Of a stretch of 20,000 nucleotides of DNA, positions 15,196 to 20,000 are shown one piece after another. The position numbers and the translations under genes were made by a program. The stretch lies in the IMG/VR virus record IMGVR_UViG_3300035181_002482. One strand, written 5' to 3'. The DNA comes from an uncultured virus (IMG/VR IMGVR_UViG_3300035181_002482). Its lineage: Duplodnaviria; Heunggongvirae; Uroviricota; Caudoviricetes. Numbering within the stretch: position 1 is the first letter of the stretch; every line of letters begins with the position of its first letter. The notes beneath the pieces were generated by a model. That model saw nothing but the letters and a program-made list of their open reading frames with translations. It had not been told where the DNA came from and did no database searches.

Positions 15196-16603
15196 CGATC
15201 TGCGGCCCCATCAACCCCTCGCACACCAGCTGCGCGATCATCTGCCGGGGATGCTCCCGGTAGCCGTAGCTCCAGGGCGGGGTGAGCGGGTCCAGCTTGA
15301 TCCCCCGGTTGGCACGCTCGAGCATCACGCAGGCATTCTTGATCGTGACCGCCCGAGCCAGCTCCGCGTTCGGGTGATAAAAGATCCATGCACGAGGCAC
15401 AAGACGCTCCGCGACGCCGAGGATTTCCGCGGTGATGCCCCGCAGGGCATCGAGGTCGAGGGGGCTCGTTTCCGTGGGCATGATGTCTCCGACGCAGACA
15501 TAACCACGATCCTGCCCGATGCGCCCTAACTTTTTGAAGTTCAAGCGCAACTTCGAGAGCCTCTGCAATTCCGTCCCGGTGCCCTCGTAGCTCCTGAGAC
15601 GAAGTTGATCGCGCCACCGCTGCGGAATTCCCGCCAACCCGAAGCGCGCCCCGAGAAGCACCCCAGCGATGGCCCCCACCGTGTCCGCATCCCCGCCACG
15701 CTCGATCACCGCCATCAGACCGTCCTCGAAACTCGAGGCATGAATCACCGCTGCCACCGCCACCTGGAGCGCCGGCACCACATAGCCCCCGTTGATCCAG
15801 TCCTTCCAGGCCAGCCTCGGTGCCTGGAGGAGCGCCTCCATGAGCGTCGGCAGGTAGAGCCCCGATGCCTTGCCCCGCTGGTACGTCGAGACCATCGAGC
15901 GGTGATAGGCGTCCATCGGCGTAACCCCGTCGCACATGAGCCAGGCCATATGCATCATGAACCAGGCAGCAAGGGTACACCGCGGATCAGGATGCGTATC
16001 AAAGCAGATCTCCTCGGCCTCGCGCGCCGCCACCCCCCGGCTGGGGGCAGCGAGAAGGCTGGGAACGCACTTCATAATCCCACCGTTCGCAGCGTTGACC
16101 GACCCTCCACGCATCCATGCCTGATAGGCCGGATGCCACCTCCGCGTCGTTTGCCGGCGCCCTGAGGCGTTCGATACCGGTTTCGATCGAGAGAGCCGCC
16201 CGTCCTGCAGGAAGACCCGCCAGGCCGAGAGCGTCTGCGATGTCCAGATCCCGATGTCCCGAGGACCAGCCTCCCGCCAGGCAAGGTGATGATCGATCAG
16301 ATGCTGCCGGCTGTACCCTCCCGCATCCAAGTACATCTTCGCGATGTCGAGCGCCATCTCGGTATCGTCGGTGATGTCGCCAGGCGCCCAGCCGATGCTA
16401 CCCCCACCGATGAGATCCAGCTTGCGATCAGTGCGAAGCGACTTCGGAAAAGTGAACTCGTAGGTTGAACCAAGCGCATCCCCGATCGCCTGACCGAGCC
16501 AAGCCCCCTGGCGACGATCGATGAAGTCGTCGCGGGTGATCTCGAACCTACGCAAGGGGCGCACTGATTTCGTTTTCGATGCCCTGGTTGAGGTCTTGCT
16601 CAT
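15188..16603 (-). CDS. ADP-ribosylglycohydrolase (DraG/ARH family) with a C-terminal extension
   Basis: GAWLGQAIGDALGSTYEF; PGDITDDTEMAL; RDIGIWT; AANGGIMKCVP; THPDPRC; SFEDGLMAVIERGGDADTVGAIAGVLLGARFGLAGIPQRW. Metal-binding TDD and DxDT motifs are intact. Confidence 0.95.
   Translation of the reverse strand: MSKTSTRASKTKSVRPLRRFEITRDDFIDRRQGAWLGQAIGDALGSTYEFTFPKSLRTDRKLDLIGGGSIGWAPGDITDDTEMALDIAKMYLDAGGYSRQHLIDHHLAWREAGPRDIGIWTSQTLSAWRVFLQDGRLSRSKPVSNASGRRQTTRRWHPAYQAWMRGGSVNAANGGIMKCVPSLLAAPSRGVAAREAEEICFDTHPDPRCTLAAWFMMHMAWLMCDGVTPMDAYHRSMVSTYQRGKASGLYLPTLMEALLQAPRLAWKDWINGGYVVPALQVAVAAVIHASSFEDGLMAVIERGGDADTVGAIAGVLLGARFGLAGIPQRWRDQLRLRSYEGTGTELQRLSKLRLNFKKLGRIGQDRGYVCVGDIMPTETSPLDLDALRGITAEILGVAERLVPRAWIFYHPNAELARAVTIKNACVMLERANRGIKLDPLTPPWSYGYREHPRQMIAQLVCEGLMGPQIGD
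15523..15550 (-). promoter_or_regulatory. Putative internal promoter TTGCGC-N16-TAGGGC within the ARH gene
   Basis: GTTAGG context and N16 spacing as in the promoter family; locally AT-rich. Inverted repeat GAAGTT-N7-AACTTC (15536-15554) covers the -35. In-frame GGAG-ACATC-ATG at 15481. Confidence 0.5.
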
Positions 16604-16609
16604 GCCAGC

Positions 16610-16637
16610 AACCTAAACGCATCTTCGATCCTGTCAA
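16610..16637 (-). promoter_or_regulatory. Promoter TTGACA-N16-TAGGTT, leaderless (6 nt to ATG 16603)
   Basis: Perfect -35 that contains the upstream gene's TGA stop; TTAGGTTGC motif. Confidence 0.85.
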
Positions 16638-17698
16638 CCCTGCAGCTGACGGGCCTTGAACAGAATCGACTCCGCAGCCGTGAGCCCAGCTCGAATGCGA
16701 TGGTTGCAGATCCATCGCAGCGTGGTGCGTGCGAAGATCTCGAGCTTCTCAGGGTAACGCCGAAGCAGCCCACCGTGCCCCGTCATAGGATCATCCGCCA
16801 CCTGAAACGATGTGTCGCATAGCCACCATTCACCCATGGCAAAAACATAAAACTGATCGATAACGTTGCAGCCAGCCTCCTCAACGAAGAAGGCAATCAC
16901 CGCCGTCTCAAGTTCAACATCCTCAAGAAGGCGCGTTGGCGAAGGAGTGCAGGGCTTGACCTTGGCAGGGTTACGAGGAAGCAAGTGAAGCCTTGGCTGC
17001 TGAGCCTTCGCCCCACTCGTGAAAACAAGATTCCTTGCAGGCGCAGGCATACGCCAGGATTGCTTCACAAGCTCCGTGCATCGATCAAACAACATCGACA
17101 TCGCAGTGTTACGACTGCTCGATGTAAACCCACGCTCGATCATCAACGTGACATCAAGCAACTCAGCAGATGGAAGCTTCGATGCATCCACCTTGCTCAA
17201 ACCCATCGTCTCGAAAAGCCACCACGTATCAACAATGTTGATAAACAAACGCCAGACAACCTTCGTCGCACGATTGCACCCGTAGAGCAGCACCTTCGAT
17301 GAAACACTGATCCCAGAAGGAAGACTCGCAGGTGAACGAGGCTCGTCCTTACGCACCCCTCCCATGTACATCGATGACAACGCATCCCGTGTCGCCGCAG
17401 GCACAACAGCAGGCACTGGCCCCATCGGAATCGGCATCCGAGGGATGTGCTTGAACAATCGATCCACAGCCCCACCAGGCACCATAGCATCAACACCGAA
17501 CCCAGATACATCAGCAAGGGTGCCCCTGAGACCAGCATCAGGCAAGTAATGACTCCCAACCTTGCCAAAGGTACGCTTCTCAAAGCACCACCATTCACCA
17601 TCGATCATGACGAAGGCTTGACGCACCAGATCACGGTTGTGAACACACTCAACAAGGATAACCTTGCATCCCTGATGCAACCCTTCAGGCAAGTCCAT
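16634..17698 (-). CDS. Hypothetical protein, 354 aa, with three divergent copies of a ~85-90 aa domain
   Basis: Repeat cores AFVMIDGEWWCFE / LFINIVDTWWLFE / FYVFAMGEWWLCD, ending AVDRLFK / AMSMLFD / AESILFK, joined by Pro-rich linkers. Confidence 0.8.
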   Translation of the reverse strand: MDLPEGLHQGCKVILVECVHNRDLVRQAFVMIDGEWWCFEKRTFGKVGSHYLPDAGLRGTLADVSGFGVDAMVPGGAVDRLFKHIPRMPIPMGPVPAVVPAATRDALSSMYMGGVRKDEPRSPASLPSGISVSSKVLLYGCNRATKVVWRLFINIVDTWWLFETMGLSKVDASKLPSAELLDVTLMIERGFTSSSRNTAMSMLFDRCTELVKQSWRMPAPARNLVFTSGAKAQQPRLHLLPRNPAKVKPCTPSPTRLLEDVELETAVIAFFVEEAGCNVIDQFYVFAMGEWWLCDTSFQVADDPMTGHGGLLRRYPEKLEIFARTTLRWICNHRIRAGLTAAESILFKARQLQG

Positions 17699-17705
17699 AC
17701 GCCGA

Positions 17706-17734
17706 AGAATAGAGATCCAAACCCCCAGATGCCA
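17706..17734 (-). promoter_or_regulatory. Putative promoter TGGCAT-N17-TATTCT, leaderless (7 nt to ATG 17698)
   Basis: TAnnnT box at the same distance from ATG as the other leaderless genes; weak -35. Confidence 0.5.
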
Positions 17735-17805
17735 TGAAGATTTAGCTAAAACATGCAGGATTCTTCATGAACCCAATCCCCCTAAACCCCTATCAGATGA
17801 AACCT

Positions 17806-17954
17806 ACATCTACCCCTATGTATCTATACCTGATCCCTTATCTACCTATATCTACCTACATCATGCTATATCCCTACACATCTACCCCTATGTATCTATA
17901 CCTGATCCCTTATCTACCTATATCTACCTACATCATGCTATATCCCTACACATC
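17806..17954. repeat. Perfect tandem repeat, 2 x 72 bp (+5 nt), AT-rich and almost G-free on the + strand
   Basis: Unit ACATCTACCCCTATGTATCTATACCTGATCCCTTATCTACCTATATCTACCTACATCATGCTATATCCCTAC starts at 17806 and 17878. It is built from ATCTACC/CCTA submotifs. Confidence 0.95.
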
Positions 17955-18393
17955 ATGCCATATCCTGTCCTAGTGTAGTCTAATGTCCTGCTATGTACCT
18001 ATATCCCATGGATAGGCTAAATATGATCAGAGGGAGCTGAGGGAAGGAGGGAAGGGAGCAGAGGGGGGCGGGGGAAGGACATCCGCGCGCGAGCTTGTTT
18101 CTGTGCCAGTCAAGAAAGAGGCTTCGAAATGGCTGAATCATGCTTGATCAACTTGATCAATGTCGTACTAGTAGGTTTATGTGGGCAGTGATAGAGCACG
18201 AACGCAGAAAGCCCCCAAACTCTTGGTTTGGAGGCAACTCAGGTAAATATGACCGTCGGTCGCGTCGGGTTAGTCGGGTGGGTCGCGTCGGGGAGCGGGG
18301 GTAAGCAATGTGTAACTCATCCCCCGAAGAACACGCAAGGGGAATTCTTCCGACACCCCAATCTTTCCGTTTCCACTGCGGTTTCAGGCTGGA

Positions 18394-18609
18394 TCACAAC
18401 CCAAGCCAGCGATCCCTTGCACCACGTCCAGCCGAGCGATAACCTCGACGGATGGCTTGCTGTAACCGGTGATCGGCTCTCCGAGGGTAGATAACCTCGA
18501 TCACCCCCACCGGAACCTTGCCGATGAGCCTGATCTGCCCAGGGTAGGCATCACCCTCGACGATTGTCTCGATCCGGCTGCCTTGCAGACGGCGTGGCAG
18601 GATCAACAT
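18394..18609 (-). CDS. Possible small hypothetical protein, 71 aa (MLILPRRLQGSRIETIVEGDAYPGQIRLIGKVPVGVIEVIY...)
   Basis: 3' part of track ORF 18394..18720, from ATG 18609. Protein-like composition and GC3 bias; co-oriented with neighbours. Start uncertain. Confidence 0.45.
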   Translation of the reverse strand: MLILPRRLQGSRIETIVEGDAYPGQIRLIGKVPVGVIEVIYPRRADHRLQQAIRRGYRSAGRGARDRWLGL

Positions 18610-18728
18610 CAAACCCGTCCCATCCCGACCTCGTACCTCCCGCAGCCCAGAGCATCGATATCGATCGCCAGTTTCTTCTCTGCATCCAGGGTGCATCCGG
18701 GGTGCAGAGGGAGCGGGCACGCCGCCGA

Positions 18729-19281
18729 CAGCGGGATGCGCCCGTTGCTGCCCCAGGCTTGCCCCTTCCCGAGGCTTTCCCTCCCCTCCCTAGGGCCTAC
18801 TGCCAGGTGCCACCCTTGGGCGCCTTAGCCGCCCAGCTGCTTCGAGGCGAGGATCGGGAGGTGCCCCTTGGGCATCGAGCCTGCAGCCGGCAGCTCCCCC
18901 GCCGCGGGATGCGCCCGTTGCTGCCCCAGGCTTGCCCCTTCCCGAGGCTTTCCCTCCCCTCCCTAGGGCCTACTGCCAGGTGCCACCCTGGGCGCCTTAG
19001 CCGCCCCCTTGGGCACCGAGCCCGCCGGCAGCTCCCCCGTTCGAGGCGAGGATCGGGAGGTGCCCCCTTGGGCATCGAGCCCCCCGCCAGCTCCCCGCCG
19101 GCAGCGGGATGCGCCCGTTGCTGCCCCAGGCTTGCCCCTTCCCGGGGCTTTCCCTCCCCCTCCCGGGCCTACTTCTGCCAGGTAACCTTCTTGGGCGCCT
19201 TGGGGGTGTAGCCGCCCAGCTGCTTCGAGGCGAGGATCGGGAGGTGCCCCTTGGGCATCGAGCCTGCAGCCGGCAGCTCCC
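18729..19281. repeat. Three imperfect tandem copies of a ~175-200 bp unit; the third includes the 3' end of the 19169..19642 gene
   Basis: GCGGGATGCGCCCGTTGCTGCCCCAGGCTTGCCCCTTCCCG starts at 18731, 18904 and 19104. TTCGAGGCGAGGATCGGGAGGTGCCCC occurs in all three copies. Confidence 0.95.
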
Positions 19282-19642
19282 GCCCCTCGACCTTGTCGAA
19301 CTTGGGGAGGTCGCGCCGCCCCGCACCATCGACCGCGTTGTCGTAGGCCCGCTCCGCATAGGCGGTGAAGGCGTCCTTGCCGTACCCGGCGGAGGCTTCC
19401 GCCATGGCGGCAAGGTTGAGCAGGGCCCGCGCCGCCCGGCTGGCCTTGACCTTCCCGCCGGGGCTCCGGGCGCCCACCTGCTTCGTAATGAAGGCTTCGA
19501 GCTGCTCACGGGTGAGCAACCCCTGCTCGACCAGGACCATCATCTCCTTGGGGATCGCGATGGCCGTCGCGGGATTGACGACCTTGATCGCGGTGGTGGA
19601 GGAGGGGAGGTACTTGGTGGAGGGCTTGTTTGCGGTGTTCAT
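19169..19642 (-). CDS. Hypothetical basic Ala/Lys-rich protein, 157 aa, probably highly expressed
   Basis: ATG 19642 lies 7 nt after a strong promoter (the track's TTG 19651 is inside the -10 box). Extreme GC3 bias. Confidence 0.85.
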   Translation of the reverse strand: MNTANKPSTKYLPSSTTAIKVVNPATAIAIPKEMMVLVEQGLLTREQLEAFITKQVGARSPGGKVKASRAARALLNLAAMAEASAGYGKDAFTAYAERAYDNAVDGAGRRDLPKFDKVEGRELPAAGSMPKGHLPILASKQLGGYTPKAPKKVTWQK

Positions 19643-19649
19643 GTAAGGC

Positions 19650-19677
19650 AACCTAACATCACTAATGGCTCCGTCAA
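19650..19677 (-). promoter_or_regulatory. Promoter TTGACG-N16-TAGGTT, leaderless
   Basis: GGGTTGAC...TTAGGTTGC is shared with the 16610 promoter. Confidence 0.85.
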
Positions 19678-19684
19678 CCCCGAA

Positions 19685-19713
19685 TCGACATCGCCTGATC
19701 GATTCCCTACCCT
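19685..19713 (+). promoter_or_regulatory. Divergent promoter TCGACA-N17-TACCCT, leaderless (6 nt to ATG 19720)
   Basis: Back-to-back with the 19650-19677 promoter; same -10-to-ATG geometry. Confidence 0.7.
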
Positions 19714-19719
19714 TGGCCT

Positions 19720-20000
19720 ATGTCCACTCTTTGCTGGATCTGCCGCACGCCACACCCAGGCGACGCGCTATGCCCCGTGTCGGCCCTCCAGGCCACCAAG
19801 CTGGCCATCCAAGAGGCCATCGATACCGAGGGGGATCAAGATGGTGACGATGAGGGTGGGCCCAGCGCCTGCACCATCGAGGACCATGTGAAGCACCTCA
19901 CAAAGATCGAGGATCGCTTGCGCCTCCACGAGAAGGTCGTGCCGGTCCTGTTGCGCGAGGCAAGCCTGGCTAGCCTCAACCCGCCTCGCTTTGGCAAGGT
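19720..20000 (+). CDS. Hypothetical protein with an N-terminal C-x2-C-x3-H-x5-C Zn-finger-like motif; runs off the right edge
   Basis: Not in the ORF track; open to the window end. MSTLCWICRTPHPGDALCPVSALQATKLAIQEAIDTEGDQDGDDEGGPSACTIEDHVKHLTKIEDRLRLHEKVVPVLLREASLASLNPPRFGK... Confidence 0.75.
   Translation, partial: MSTLCWICRTPHPGDALCPVSALQATKLAIQEAIDTEGDQDGDDEGGPSACTIEDHVKHLTKIEDRLRLHEKVVPVLLREASLASLNPPRFGK

Larger units (their letters stand above)
1..20000. mobile_element. Phage or phage-like element, replication/repair module (divergent, GC-rich)
   Basis: Co-oriented, overlapping cluster of clamp, primase, helicase, loader, SNF2 helicase, stand-alone 5'-3' exonuclease, PolA-type exonuclease and sigma factor among many orphans. 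This is not the gene order of a bacterial chromosome. No capsid, terminase, integrase or att site is visible. Confidence 0.85.

Noticed and set aside
17767..17973. 68-aa Tyr/Pro-rich ORF (TSTPMYLYLIPYLPISTYIMLYPY x2)
   Set aside because: It is simply the translation of the G-free 72-bp repeat, with no RBS and composition unlike the real genes. It cannot be fully excluded because the unit length is a multiple of 3.
17699..18400. DnaA boxes, tRNA or rRNA genes
   Set aside because: No TTATCCACA-like boxes or cloverleaf/T-loop motifs seen by eye here or elsewhere in the window. tRNAscan-SE was not run.
18729..19281. Diversity-generating retroelement TR/VR pair
   Set aside because: Differences between copies are indels and mixed substitutions rather than adenine-specific changes, and there is no reverse transcriptase in the window.
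17806..19281. CRISPR or TIGR-like array
   Set aside because: No short constant repeats separated by unique, equal-length spacers, and no cas/tas-like gene recognised.
18564..19509. ORFs 18564..19211, 18797..19075, 18997..19509 and 18469..18828
   Set aside because: Alternative-frame translations of the GC-rich repeat array with Arg/Pro/Gly-rich low-complexity composition.

Overview
This window looks like the DNA replication and repair region of a GC-rich, divergent large bacteriophage or phage-like element. It contains no structural genes, integrase or att sites, so phage, prophage and plasmid cannot be distinguished. Almost all real genes are on the minus strand and tightly coupled by ATGA/GTGA overlaps. 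In transcription order they are: a Lys-rich protein; a ~1.45 kb largely non-coding repeat region (candidate origin); a protein with three internal repeats; an ADP-ribosylglycohydrolase; a PolX derivative lacking its polymerase core; a 5'-3' exonuclease; a SNF2 helicase; a DnaC-like loader; a DnaB-like helicase; a DnaG primase; a sigma70-like factor; a DnaN clamp; a histone H1-like double winged-helix protein; a small Cys-rich protein missed by the ORF track; and the N-terminal 3'-5' exonuclease of a PolA-type polymerase. A divergent plus-strand zinc-finger gene starts at 19720. The regulatory layer is readable by eye. It includes a recurrent TTGnnn-N16/17-TAnnnT promoter 6-7 nt upstream of ATG (leaderless mRNAs), two apparent internal promoters feeding in-frame internal starts, a hairpin that sequesters the sigma-factor RBS, and a densely paired ~180 nt ncRNA candidate. 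All protein calls come from motif recognition by eye; no searches or folding programs were run.
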